A stretch of 64,000 bases of DNA from Mayamaea pseudoterrestris (Eukaryota). The translations under genes and the position numbers were made by a program. Position 1 is the stretch's first letter, and every line of letters begins with the position of its first letter. This document shows positions 48,378 to 60,748 of this stretch, piece by piece. The stretch is from positions 620,001 through 684,000 of the forward strand of contig BROI01000004.1 in the NCBI GenBank assembly GCA_027923505.1. The letters run 5' to 3'. A model generated the notes under the pieces. The model searched no databases, was not told the DNA's origin, and saw only the letters and a list, made by a program, of their open reading frames with translations.

Positions 48378-50168
48378 CTAAATAACTTGTATTTTGGCAG
48401 CGTAAGCATGAGGGAATGGTGGAAACCATGAATCCAAATCTTGCACCCACCCAAAGTTAGACTGAGGAGATGCGCTATGCTCTTGACTGTGAGGCAATGT
48501 AGAAACCGGAGCACGATCATTGCTGTGGCTTGCGGTACCATGTCTTTTACTCCACCTGTTGCAATGAGCGCACCAGGAATAGCTCTTGCCCTTGTACATG
48601 CGGCGTGGGGAAGTGTTGTGTTTGTTGTTGGCACGTTGACTACGTCCGTTGGTGCGGCGCCCAGCATTGTTTCCTGTGTTGTTGCGCCCATTGCCATTGC
48701 CTTTCCCTTTGCCTTGCTGGTGACCACCTTGGTCGGTCTCCGTTTTACCAAACTTGTCAGCTTGCTTTGAATAGGGACAGGCACGAGCATAATGACCAAC
48801 TCCTCCACAGATGTAGCAATTGTCATTCTTGGCAACTGCAGTGGAGGCGCCTCCATTTACTTCAGCCACATAGCCGCCATAGCCGCGACGAGGCGCCGTT
48901 GACTGTCGAGGTTGCTGCGCTGGCCGCCATTTGCCTTCATGATAAAGCTCCAAATAGATAGCATCAGCCTTGATGCAAATGTCTTGAATAGTTAGCTCCT
49001 TTTTTGCAAAATAGGCAGCTTGCTCGGCAGGTGACAAATGAGAGGAAGCCTTAAGCGCCTTCTCCAGCTTGCGTTCCACTTTGGAAAGGCGGCGGACAAA
49101 ATGCACTCTCCCAGGGTTGTCAGCACTATTCTCACCGCCAGCTTGGAGCAGATTGCGCACATGCTTTACTGTGATATCAGGATGGTAGGCGTCGGCAAAC
49201 TCCAAGTCCCTTGCAATTTCGAGTGCCTCCACATTCATCTTGATAATGTCTTGTCCTTCATACTTGCTTGGGTGCAACGCCTCAATCCTTGCCTTGCAAA
49301 GGGATCGGTCAAATTTGTGGTGCATGTGAGCAAGGCGAATCAAAGCAATTGGAGCAGGTTCGTCTTCACCCTTCGGTTGTTGCAGACAAAGTCGACGGCG
49401 CAAATCGGTGGAGATTGAGTTGTAGATGCATTGGACCAGATCAAAATCATTTGCCTTGTCATAGAGATCATACTTTGCGACTTGAGGAGCAATCATAGCC
49501 TCGGCCAGCTTAATGGAGGAAAATTGACTTGCTTGTAGAGCGGCATTAATCATCTTGGTTGGATCCCTTGGAGACGGCAGATAAAGCTCGGTGTCCATTC
49601 CAACCAACTCTGCCTTTTCAAAAAGCTCTGTTCCCCAAGTGTTAAAGTTTGTTGTAAGAGTCAGCTTAGTGTCAATTCCTTGTTGCCGAAAGGCTTGAGC
49701 ATCGGCGTGCTCGCTGGAGAAAGCGCGAAGCAGATAGCTGTTATAATTGATGTCTACTGGCGGCACATCAATTTCAGACCAATCAGCCTTTGGTTTGCCT
49801 CCAACTTGAGCCTCGTATGTGTTGGCGCCTGTACGGACAAGGGTTCCCATTTTTGGCTTTGGAGGCATGTAGATCTTTGAAGACGACTTGGTCTTTCGTT
49901 TCGATTTTTGCTTGGAGCTTGCAACAGGAGGCTCGACAACATGTGTCGGAGCTCCATCGGGAACAGAATCAGAGACAACAGAGACACTTGGATCAGAGCT
50001 GTTCGTTTGATCCTCATCGGATGGTGGATTTGTGCCGGTAGGCGACGGAGGTGCGGTCACTCCTCCTCCTCCTCCTCCTCCACGGCCTGGCGACGGGGAA
50101 TTGACGTCGGGACCTTGGTTGGCGACTGGAGTTGGATTAGCGACTGGCTGTTTACGGATGCGCTTCAA
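48378..50168 (-). mobile_element. Ty1/copia (CoDi-like) gag ORF without pol or LTRs
   Basis: CCHC knuckle CYICGGVGHYARAC, second WCAHCNRWSKRHGTASH motif, and GMDTELYLP/YEGQDI gag-like core. First ATG at 49868. Confidence 0.72.
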
Positions 50169-51170
50169 CCGTGGAGGATGGCGGTGACTCGTTTGCCGCG
50201 GAGAACGTTCCGTGACTTGCTATTTCCTCTTTGTCTAAACTTCGGCAGCACTTAAAGGGGATTTCGAAAGGGCTTTGCGGGACGGCGGCGCTTTACTTGT
50301 TGTGAAGGAGGGAGGAGGGAGGAGCGCCTCGCTACAGCTGTTTTGTTGGAGAGGTATTTGAGCGTGAACAGCGCCTCTTCGTTGGTACACTGGGATTGAA
50401 CGACGGTAGAGGCGCGCGTTCTGATTTGTAATCGATTTAAGATGTTCTTGGTTTTAGATTTCTTTGCTTGCTTGGTAGTTGCTACGTGGGTTGGTGAAAG
50501 AGCACAGTCTAAGGACTAACTGTGAGCCAAAGATGCAATCCAAAAGAAGGCCTCGTATGCTCGAGCATAGAGTCACCATAAGGTAAATTCAACTTGCAAA
50601 AAAGGCCTGATACGATGCAAGTTCAAGTACTGTACTGTACAAATGACGGATTCCCATGGCGACGGCTGATTATGATGTGGAAAAAGATGAGTGGTCGATT
50701 GGTGTCGCACTGAAAACCGCACCGACGCTCTGGCTGTTCGTGGCGCGACGGCGCCGCACACGACGAGATCCATCTTGGATCCTTCCCTTCCATCGATCCA
50801 TCGATACTACTCGTACTTGGTCTTCAAAACTGCACATAGCCCACACTTGCAGCTTGAGTATTGCAACAGCTTGGAATCAGTTGAGCAATTGTTTTTTATG
50901 CGGTGAGTATCGAGCTTGCAGGTAGTTTCTGTCATTTCAGTATTCAGTGGTCGAGACGAGATTCCTGATGATGGCGGAGGTCGCTACGTTGCTCATGACA
51001 TTGCTGACAGCATGGTTCTTTCTCAATATTGAAGTATTCGTGGACGACATTTTCTGTTTATATCTTCGTCACGTTGTTTCCATTCTTCCGCCTTTGTGAG
51101 TCCACATCCACTTCTGCGTCACTTTCTTCAACGACCACTGCTGCAGCAGCATAATCTCTCAAAACGAAAC

Positions 51171-51563
51171 ATGTCCAACGACGAAGTTACCAAGGCCCAG
51201 TCGGCAAAGATTGCAAATGACGAATCAACCATTTTCGACAAGCTCCTCCGCAAGGAGATTCCAAGCACATGCGTCTACGAGGACGATGTGACGTACTGCT
51301 TTATGGATGTGCATCCGCAGGCACCCTTTCATGTTTTGGTGATTCCCAAACAAAAAGACGGACTCATTGGATTGAGCAGCATGCAGGAGGATCAAAAGGA
51401 ACTCGTCGGTCACTTAATGTGGGTGGCGCAAAAGGTGGGCAAGGAGCAGTGCCCCAACGGATTTCGAGTCGTTGTCAACGACGGCAAGGATGGTGCGCAG
51501 TCGGTGGCACACTTGCATCTGCATGTTTTTGGTGGCAGGCAAATGGGTTGGCCGCCTGGTTGA
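51171..51563 (+). CDS. HINT: HIT-family nucleotide hydrolase (HINT-like)
   Basis: TIFDK, PQAPFHVLVIPK, AQSVAHLHLHVFGGRQMGWPPG. Confidence 0.95.
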   Translation: MSNDEVTKAQSAKIANDESTIFDKLLRKEIPSTCVYEDDVTYCFMDVHPQAPFHVLVIPKQKDGLIGLSSMQEDQKELVGHLMWVAQKVGKEQCPNGFRVVVNDGKDGAQSVAHLHLHVFGGRQMGWPPG

Positions 51564-52378
51564 GGCATTACTGTCACTGGCTACAACTCCTACGTAAGAT
51601 ATGGTCGATTACTAAATTATTTGATAGGTGGGCAAGAACGTAAACTTGTGTTGATGTATCTTGTGGTACACATACTGCGCCATTATTGTCTTCGTCTCCA
51701 AATCCTCATTACGAAGGCTAATGTGAGCATTAGGCGTTGAAATGCAACCTGCTTAGCTTGGCTGTCACCAGTAGGAAGTCCTTCTTTTTCGACTGACCAA
51801 AGCTGCCAGTGAATGGAGCTGAAGCACTAGTCGGATTAAGTCGAGGCAGAAATTGCACATTCTTTCGTTCATGCTAAAATGCTTTGTTCAAGCGTCGCAT
51901 GATCTTGGACTTGAATCTACCGGTATAGCTATGATACTTGCATCCGATGCAAAGATCCGCAGGTTGTATCTTACCGGTGATACCGCTACGACAGTTGAAA
52001 CATCCAGCTTTATTTGTACACTACCCGCTACAGTAAAACTGCAAGTACTCCGTTCAATCGTGGGTTCCCAAAAAATGGCGCGCCGCCGCGCCGCGAGTTG
52101 ACTCGTTTCGATGTGCAACGAGAGTCACACACGCGCACGACCTCGACCCGTCCACTGTAATCCTGGGAAGGAAACTTCCGGATGACTGGGAGCGAATTAT
52201 TACTTTGTAGCATTTTTCGATTTGGAACGAGAGCAGTTTCAACTTGGTGGTGCTAGGAAGAAACTTGTTGCAACGCTAGATCCAGCAATCTCCTTCCATT
52301 TGCCACGCACCAGCTAAACAAATCTTGCATCGGCCATCGCGCACCTCTGGTTCATTTCGAAACATCCCAGGACAAAGA

Positions 52379-54592
52379 ATGAAACGAATTACAGCTCTCC
52401 TACTTGGCATTTACCTTTTCGTCACCCAAGTCACACTCACCGCTTCTACTACCGACGAGTCCAGCACCGCCAATACTCTACAACTCGACGACACGGACGA
52501 AGATGATGGGACCGAGTTCAAAGTGATTATCGGCTACAGGAACAAGCCGACGCGCGACTTTCAAGTCGGAAACCTACTGTCTCGTCGAAACAATCGCCTG
52601 CGCCAGCACGAGGGCCGCGGCTTGGCCCGCGTCAATGCCATCAAGGCCTCGTTGAACCGCACCATGATTCGTGAGCTGGAGCAGCGCGGCGACATTCAGT
52701 ACGTTGAGGAGGACCGCCGCGTCCATTTGCTAGGTGAAATGCATACACTTGCACTCAAACAAGTCCAGGGACTATCCAGTGCCATTCCTAAACCACCAAC
52801 CTACGCCACGGGCGCTTGTGCGGATCCAGATTCGTTCAAGATTGGCATTGTCGACAGCGGCTTGGACGTGTCACACCCCGACTTGCCCTGTGCCAACATG
52901 AACGACGCGGCACAAGCCACGTGCGTGGGCGAGGAGTTTGGCATTCCCGACGGTCAGTACTGGTACCAACCAACCTTGTCGCACGGCACCATGGTGGGTG
53001 GCATTATTAGTGCCGTTCGCGGCAACAATCGTGGCATTAGTGGTGTGTTGGACAATTCTAAGATATGTTTGATTGTGGCGCGTGTGTTTGCCGATAACTC
53101 CGATGGAGCGGCGGATGTCAGTAGCATCATTGACGGCATCAACTGGGTCTACGAGCAAGGTGCCAAAGTGATCAATCTGAGTTTGGGAGGACCGTCGGCG
53201 GGTGTCACGGATCGAAACTTTTATCAAGCCATCCGAGACAGTGGTGTCTTGCTAGTCGTGGCGGCGGGTAACGATGGATCGTCGACAAAGTCATATCCAG
53301 CCTCCTACAGCAGCTGCATGAGTGTGGCAGCCGTCGACGAAAACCTGCAGCATGCAGCCTTTTCGCAGTACAATGCCGACGTTGACATTGCGGCGCCAGG
53401 CGTGCACATTTTGTCAACGTCACCGCTGGGACTTGGCGCACTTGCTACGCTATCCTTCTCCAATGCGGCATCCTTTGGACAGTTTATGGAAAACTCTCCC
53501 ATGCCATCGGGGAGCATCAGTGGTCCGTTGATTGAGTGTCCAGGTTTGGGAACCACGACTTGTCCCGGATCGTCGGGCCAAGTGTGCTTGATTGAGCGAG
53601 GCGAAAACACGTTTGAGGAAAAGGCGTTGAACTGCGAAGCTGGTGGCGGGATTGCGGCCATTATATACAACAATGTTGACTTTGATTTGCAGGGCGGCGC
53701 ATTGGCGTCTCCCACGAGTGTGACCATTCCCGTCATTTCCATTTCGCAGGATGCTGGCAATAACCTTTTGAACAATCACATTGGTCAAACAGTCACCATT
53801 ACTTCTCAAGATGGCTACGAGTACGCCGATGGAACGAGCTTCAGCGCACCCTTTGTCGCTGGTGGTGCCGCCTCCATATGGCAGGCTTGCCCGAGCTGCA
53901 GTGCCGACGACGTTGAACAATGTTTGCTCGAGAGCGCCAAGGACCTTGGCGCCGCAGGCGCGGACGACTACTTTGGCCATGGGCTGCTGCAAGTGGGTAG
54001 CGCCTACTCGTGCCTCGTCGACAATGTCCAATGCTGCGATTCCAGTGGGACGCGTGCGCCATCGCCTCCCACGCCGCCGACACCGGCACCTGCCATGGCA
54101 CCAGTAGCTGCCCCCGCTCCAGCGACGAGTCAGGACTGTAGCTCCGACGAAGATGCCTACGTGTCGTGCTTTGACAATTCCTTGACCGTGTGGCAGGAGG
54201 AGATTTGTCGATACTGCGTCAATGCTGCGGTACCTTACGATGTTGACTCACTGACGTGCGCCGACATTGATGACGCCATTTGTCCGGCCATAACCGATGT
54301 ATGCGCGGCGTACTGTGGATCCTGCGTCAAATCGATTGAAACCTACATGGGATGTGCGTTGCAAACACTTCGAAGCGACTGCAAGTTGGACTGCAGCTAC
54401 GGAACGAGCGGAACTGACGACAATATGACTGCAGCACCGGCACCGTCTTCATCGGGCGGTGGCGTTTCGGTTGGTTTGATTGGGGTTTCCTCTCCCACGA
54501 CGAGCCCATCAAACCTTCGCTCCGGGGCAACGCCTGTTGGCGTCGCGACGGCGTTTGCGGCAGTCGCTGGATTGATGGTGCTGCTCGTTTGA
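52379..54592 (+). CDS. Secreted or anchored subtilisin-like S8 protease with PA domain
   Basis: Triad motifs VDSG, HGT and GTSF; oxyanion AAGN; PA domain CLIERG...EKA; Pro-rich linker; Cys-rich domain; hydrophobic C-terminus. Confidence 0.92.
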   Translation: MKRITALLLGIYLFVTQVTLTASTTDESSTANTLQLDDTDEDDGTEFKVIIGYRNKPTRDFQVGNLLSRRNNRLRQHEGRGLARVNAIKASLNRTMIRELEQRGDIQYVEEDRRVHLLGEMHTLALKQVQGLSSAIPKPPTYATGACADPDSFKIGIVDSGLDVSHPDLPCANMNDAAQATCVGEEFGIPDGQYWYQPTLSHGTMVGGIISAVRGNNRGISGVLDNSKICLIVARVFADNSDGAADVSSIIDGINWVYEQGAKVINLSLGGPSAGVTDRNFYQAIRDSGVLLVVAAGNDGSSTKSYPASYSSCMSVAAVDENLQHAAFSQYNADVDIAAPGVHILSTSPLGLGALATLSFSNAASFGQFMENSPMPSGSISGPLIECPGLGTTTCPGSSGQVCLIERGENTFEEKALNCEAGGGIAAIIYNNVDFDLQGGALASPTSVTIPVISISQDAGNNLLNNHIGQTVTITSQDGYEYADGTSFSAPFVAGGAASIWQACPSCSADDVEQCLLESAKDLGAAGADDYFGHGLLQVGSAYSCLVDNVQCCDSSGTRAPSPPTPPTPAPAMAPVAAPAPATSQDCSSDEDAYVSCFDNSLTVWQEEICRYCVNAAVPYDVDSLTCADIDDAICPAITDVCAAYCGSCVKSIETYMGCALQTLRSDCKLDCSYGTSGTDDNMTAAPAPSSSGGGVSVGLIGVSSPTTSPSNLRSGATPVGVATAFAAVAGLMVLLV

Positions 54593-54831
54593 GTGTGCAT
54601 TGCATAGAATTAGTTTGTAGAGTTACCTTTTAGTTAAAGAATCATAATAAACATCATACATTTACAATGATTTGGCTTGGCAGTGGTATATCTAGTCGTA
54701 ACAACTATCGTATGTGGGCGCTGGAGAGCGGCAGATAGCTGAGAGATCACGATGCGACATTGCGAGCGAGCCAGCCGATTGATCGCCGACGGGTTCATCA
54801 TCGTCACAACAAAAGCAAGCACCACACCATC

Positions 54832-56007
54832 ATGGTCTCAACGACAAGGAGAACTGGCAGCTACAGTTGTCTACCTCAACGACCAGTTGCATTTGTCAGT
54901 CTGTTATCAACATGCTCATTGATATTCTTAGCAACGTCGTACACCCGACAACTGTCATCCAGTCTTTTCTGCGCGAACGATCCCTTCGCACCTCCACGAG
55001 CGCCGATGCACCAACGACCTGACATACATGAGCATGAAGTGATCCAATACAAGGCCAACTGCCAAGTCAATTACACGGAATCATGTATCATTCCAAAGGT
55101 GGTGTTACTCATGAGCTTTCCCAATTCCGGCACATCCTACACGCTCAAAATCGCACAAGGCATCTCCAACTACTCGTTCGCGACGAGCTACCACAAGGAG
55201 CTCCGCAACCAAACCGTGACGCACGTCATTCCCGGAACCATCTCACCCTACAAGAAGAACACGTCCATGCCACTTGCTCCATACGTGCTGACCAAGACGC
55301 ACTGCACCGGCTACGGCGATCGCCACGGCTTGGATTATACGAACGACGCGTTCGACGTGGCCTGCCGATCCATTGACGTTCGAGACAAGCCTGGCATGAC
55401 GCTGGAGTATTCCGCCTCGATAATCAGCGGCGCCGTGCACCTGTTTCGCAGTCCCTTTGACAACTTGGTGGCCCGCATGCATCTTTGGATCAAGCGACAA
55501 CAAACAAGTGGCAAGTGGAACGACGAGCTAGCGGCAAAATATGCCGAGAGTCAAGAAGGTATACTCGCCTGGTGTGACATGATTGATGCCATCAACACAA
55601 GAAGCAACTTGGAAGCCTTTTTGGCGCAGCAGGGAATTGCCCGCGAATTGTATCAAAACTTGCCGTGCCTCACGGAGCAAGTGCGCTACGTTGCGTGGCA
55701 CACGCACGCCGTGCACTTTATACAGCGGCACCAGCTCCCAACGCTGGTGCTCTACTACGAGTGGTACACATCCAACTACTTCAAGATTGCAACAACGCTG
55801 TTACAGTTTTTGAAATTGGATGCCGTTAATGAACCAAACGAATTCTATCCGGGCAAGACGTATCTACATTTGTTCAGCTTGGAGTTGGTTGGTCGAATGG
55901 AACAGTTTATGAAGGCCATGGCATCGCAGGAATGCTGGGAGTTGATTCAGCACTACTTTGATCCAGTGGCGCAAAATTTTACCTTGCCGACAAGCCAATC
56001 CCGGTGA
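54832..56007 (+). CDS. Sulfotransferase-domain protein with TM anchor
   Basis: LMSFPNSGTSYT, LTKTH, RSPFDNLVAR, YYE. Confidence 0.82.
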   Translation: MVSTTRRTGSYSCLPQRPVAFVSLLSTCSLIFLATSYTRQLSSSLFCANDPFAPPRAPMHQRPDIHEHEVIQYKANCQVNYTESCIIPKVVLLMSFPNSGTSYTLKIAQGISNYSFATSYHKELRNQTVTHVIPGTISPYKKNTSMPLAPYVLTKTHCTGYGDRHGLDYTNDAFDVACRSIDVRDKPGMTLEYSASIISGAVHLFRSPFDNLVARMHLWIKRQQTSGKWNDELAAKYAESQEGILAWCDMIDAINTRSNLEAFLAQQGIARELYQNLPCLTEQVRYVAWHTHAVHFIQRHQLPTLVLYYEWYTSNYFKIATTLLQFLKLDAVNEPNEFYPGKTYLHLFSLELVGRMEQFMKAMASQECWELIQHYFDPVAQNFTLPTSQSR

Positions 56008-56278
56008 CACTTGTCGCTGTGAAGACCGACCGATGGGTGGACGGGCGACCTACTTGAAATCACAGGATCTTATTGGCAGACATCATCCCTTCTCGTTAAT
56101 CGATCGTGTTGCTATGCACTTTATAGCTTTAAGAAGCCTTAATATTATACAAGTAGTGTAAGTGAGCAGGGCTGCGAAATGAGAATGTAGCGAACTGCAG
56201 GGATGCAGTAAGTCCGGCAGATACATGGAGCGTTCTCCGAGCAAGCCAAACAATCAAGCAAGAACGAAGGCATAAGTC

Positions 56279-57159
56279 TCATACAATCTCTTCACTGTCG
56301 CTCGTATCCTCCTTTGTAGCTGTCGCTCGATAAGACGAATCTGAACCGAGTTCAATCGACGAGAGTCGCAGTCGATGCGCGCGAAAGCGCTTCCCCTGCA
56401 CATGTTCGTAACAACGTCTAGCCGACACTCGAACGACAAAGGCAGCAATGCCAGTCATCCAATAGAACGAGGTAACATGGTTCCGAGCCATCAAGCCGAT
56501 AAATAGCCACAGTGCCAAGCAGACGGCAACAAGCATGATTCCGCGATCCGTTGCATCACATAGCGTCATGCAATAGCCATAATATCTATATAAAAAGGCT
56601 TCGCTCGGCATGTTTAGCAAGCGAGCAGCCTGTCGCTGTCGAGCTGCTGTTCGTAGGTTCATGAAATGCATGTCTAAAATGTAAAAAGACGTGCATGAGA
56701 CGACACGTTGCACAACACCAAGCCCGGAAGCGCGATTAAGGTTTCATTCTGCAACCAATCTCACTTACAGAGTCTCCTTGGCATTGATTCGAATTCAGCT
56801 GGTCGAAAGTCGGCAGGCATTTCCGTCTTGAAATCCAAGTTGTATCGTCGCAAGGAAGCTTCATCCTCAGCGTCCCAGTCGTCATCGTCCAATATAAACG
56901 AGTTTGCCGATGTAAGATGCAGTTTCTCCGAATGATGAGACTCGCCGCTATGGTTGCTACGGTTCAGCAAAAGATTATTGGCTGCTTCTGTTATAAAGTC
57001 GTGGTGATCGTCGTCGTCCTCCCAGGAAGGATCGCGAAACGCGGAAGCATGGGCTGGATCGGGCGTTTCCGCATCCTCATCCGGTTCATCAGATTCGTCG
57101 ATTTCCTCTTCGTCCAGCCGACTGTATTTCTCGCTCATCAAGTCGTTAATCCCGTTCAT
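56279..57159 (-). CDS. Hypothetical membrane protein; exons 57159-56769 and 56673-56279
   Basis: A GT-AG intron at 56768-56674 joins an acidic exon in frame to an exon with two hydrophobic segments. Confidence 0.6.
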
Positions 57160-57462
57160 ATCGATTTATTGGTTACGCAATGCAACTGCAGTATGAGGCT
57201 TTCCTGTGCTGTGATTGTTCGCCTCTCCGATGCGCGGCCATCATGAGGTCGGATCGAGTCGCGATGCGATAGGCAGAACGAGCGCCATGAATTCACGCCC
57301 GAACGCATGGCTAGCATAGTCTACAAAAAGACATAATTGTAATACTAAAGCAAATACAAGTTCTTCTCCATTGCGATGCAACGTTTACTTGGGTTCATTT
57401 GACGAGACATCATCGAGATGACCGTGGCCCGATCATCATTCATTCAAACCAACTCCGTCTCC

Positions 57463-58199
57463 CTAACCCAACGTGGCTGGAGCATTCTTGCTCGCCTCCA
57501 ACTTGATGCGACGACTGTACTCGGCCTTGTTTTGCGTAAAGAGATTGTAGGCGTCACTCTGGGCGGCTGCATAAATAAATTTGCGTCGTAGTGGTGAGAA
57601 TGACCGAGCCAAAGCAGCAACGTATACATCCAGCAATTACATTCCGTTTTAGAAACCCTCCACCATTTCAAGTAAAACTTACGACTATTGGGGTTTGGCT
57701 GATCCAAAAGATCCTGAATACCAGTCAAAATCTGCTTGACTGTAATGGCCGGGCGCCAGCCTTCCTCCTCGTTCAAAATGGAAAGGCAAATGGTACCCGA
57801 CGGGTACACGTTCGGATGAAAGAGAGGTGGGACAAACTTGCCTGAAGTCATTATGATTAAATTCAATAAATGAAAAATGATGAGAAAGTGTGGCAAGCAA
57901 AAAGAAATACCATCGTCACTGCTGGCAAGCATGCACATGTATCGTCACTCGTTAACGATAAGTATATGCTACTCACATTTCGGCGGCCGACTCGGGTACT
58001 CCTCACTAAATTCCATCTGCACCTTGTAGACGCCGTTCTCCCAATCCGTTCCCTTTTTGCCCGGAATACCAGCCTCCCAAATCCAGGACGTTGCATTGTC
58101 ATTTTGCGTAATGGGCTTGGCAAAAAATCCAATTGGATGGTCCTTGCGCCAGAGCTTGCGCTCCTCGCGGAGACGACCTTGCGCAATGGCGGATGACAT
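57463..58199 (-). CDS. UBC9: SUMO-conjugating enzyme; exons 58199-57977, 57841-57683, 57566-57463
   Basis: [14 protein letters not shown] and [15 protein letters not shown]. Both introns splice in frame. Confidence 0.96.
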
Positions 58200-58399
58200 G
58201 GTCAAATGGATATAATATGATAAGCAAGGCGGGCAATCAAGACTGCTGCTGATGCTGCCGCGAAGGTGTTTTTGTTGCAGCGCCCGGATTAGTCGCAATC
58301 GCAGCGTGCGCGCGCGCACGTTCGTGAACGTCTGTCCGTCACAGTTTAAGCCGCTGCGACTTCCTGCTCATTCGTTTTGATCCGCTCACAAATTCAACC

Positions 58400-59158
58400 A
58401 TGGCGGCAACAACCGCACAAGCACCACCTGCTGCTCCACCAGTTATACCGGAAGCAAATGTAACGGAACAGGTTTCCAGTATTCAGCTTGCACTGGAAAA
58501 GAATCGATTCGCCGCCGAAAAGCTTCACGCATCCTGGTTGGGTTGGCTCAAGACGCTCTCCGGATTGGTTCTCATTCTTTCGTGCTTTCAGGCGACAGGA
58601 CCCTTTGCAAAGTGTTTCAAGGATGCAGAGGCATTTACACATGATCATGGAAGCTCGGCTAATCTGACGTTACTAAAGACTGTCATGTTGGCGTTTCAGG
58701 ATAATTTGTGAGTGCAGTCTCGCTGTCGTCGCTATCGTTGTTTCTGCATTCTGCATTCTGCGTGGTCATAGCTCAAATCGATTGCGATATCTCTTTCTCG
58801 TTGCAGAGAATACTGGATAGCGATTCTCAACTCAATTTGCCTCATGCTCTTTCTGCGAGCAACAAAGCCTTCCTTTGGCGGAGCCTGGAAAGTTGCCAAC
58901 ATTTGCATGATAGCGACGGTGGCCGCCTTTATTGTTCATTCACAAAAACCTCGCACTTGTTGCATTCAGCTAGTCGATTCATCCTATATATCGCCAGAGC
59001 CTCCTACGAAAAAGTCGCTTCCAGTCGTTGTGATATTTCACTTGATTGCATCCGTCTGCATTGGCATTATTCAACTGCAGGATCGCATACATCAACGCAA
59101 TGCTGCCGCGGTTGAAAAGCTAAAACAAGAAGTCATGGCTAGCAAGAAGAAAAAGTAG
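58400..59158 (+). CDS. Hypothetical multi-pass membrane protein; exons 58400-58707 and 58807-59158
   Basis: In-frame GT-AG intron, several hydrophobic segments, C-terminal KKKK. Confidence 0.65.
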
Positions 59159-59273
59159 ATGCAACAGATGCGATAGTCTAGCTATTTGATTAACATGCTA
59201 CGCCGGGCAATTAGCTACATGGCTTTTGCGTTTGTCTCCATTCTCGTCGCGCACATGCCTCGTGGCTAGCTTT

Positions 59274-60377
59274 TTAACCTTGCACGGGAACTCCAGCATG
59301 CTTCTCAACAACGTACGCACAGTTCTCCGAAACCTTGTCCCTGTTGCAACGGTTAATTGTGGCAGTATATTGTGAGATGACACGAGAGCAAACTTATAAG
59401 TGCCAGCTCCTCGTCCAATCGCCACCATTCTAACTTACCAGTTGACAAGGTTCCAAAAGTTCTCCACATATTCCGGACGTCTGTTTTGGTACTTTAGGTA
59501 GTAGGCATGCTCCCAAACATCAAGTCCCAAGATTGGAAACATGATTTCATCAGCAGCGCCCTTCATTAACGGATTATCCTGGTTGGGAGTTCCAACCAGC
59601 TTGAGCTCGTCGCCCTTTTTGTTGACACAAACCCAGACCCATCCGCTGCCAAAGAGAGCACCAGGCGCAGCCCGAGCGTTGAACTGCGACTTTAATTCAT
59701 CGACACTGCCAAAGCTCTTGTTGATTAGTTCCTCGAGCTGCTTGGAGGGCTTGGTATTCTTGGCCTTGTCAGCAGCCTCCAGTTCCGACCAAAAGAAGGC
59801 GTGGTTGTAGTGACCACCTCCATTGTTGCGGACGGCGGGTCCGGCGGCAATGGCGTTCTCCATCAAGTCCACAATCTCGGGTTGGTCCTTGCCCTCCAAG
59901 GCCTTGTTCAAATTGGCAACGTAAGTGGCTGGATCGAGTCAAAGGTAAAACGAAGTGGAACAGATGTGGTGAGCACCGCTATGAGCAATCGTTCTCTCGC
60001 ATATTCAATTCTGTCTCGTTTATACTTACCATGATGCTTGTCGTGATGAATCTTCATGGTCGGCGTGTCAATGTGCGGCTCCAAGGCTTCATACTTGTAT
60101 GGAAGATCCGGAAGATTGTACGCCTGCGAAGCTTGTACAAAGCCGACCGATCCGGCGACAACACTTGCCGCCGCCTTGGTGAAGAATCCTCGGCGAGAAT
60201 TGACATTGGATTCTGTCGATGATAAAAGAGAGAGGGCGTTTGTGTAAGGGAATGGCGGATCTTGGATAGGCATCTGCATGATCGGGTCACGCGCTTACCA
60301 GCACCTCCAGCCTTCATGGACAGCGATGACCATGCCGCAGCTGGGCATAGAACGGAAAGTAGAATGGCAATCTTCAT
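59274..60377 (-). CDS. sodA: Manganese superoxide dismutase with plastid and Tat presequence; exons 60377-60299, 60212-60030, 59928-59439, 59340-59274
   Basis: [21 protein letters not shown] (Mn-type), [16 protein letters not shown]. All three introns splice in frame. Confidence 0.95.
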
Positions 60378-60748
60378 GGTCAAAGGTATGATATGATTTG
60401 AAATAGCCGCAGCGATGCAAGGGTCGACAGTGGGGTTTGATGTTTGATGGCGGCAGCAAACGCGATCTTGTGAGCGCGCTGATCTTTCGAAGCCGATCCT
60501 CTGGTGACGCACGTACGACAAAGCGTTTTTGAAAAGACATGGTATGGTTTCGACTTGATTATGCGGGGATGCTTCCAGCCACAACTGCACTTCATTCATC
60601 TACTAAATGTACGAAAGTAGAACAATTGCACAAGAAAATTACATTCAGGCTGCTCCTGCACGTGCAAAAGACTAATTATTGAAAAGTTTTTCATTCTCAA
60701 GTTGCGCTTTTCAACGTGTTAAACCACTCACTTTTAGATTAAAAACGT

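Noticed and set aside
48365..48856. Frameshifted pol ORF overlapping the gag end
   Set aside because: It ends 13 bp past the gag stop and has no protease, integrase or RT motifs.
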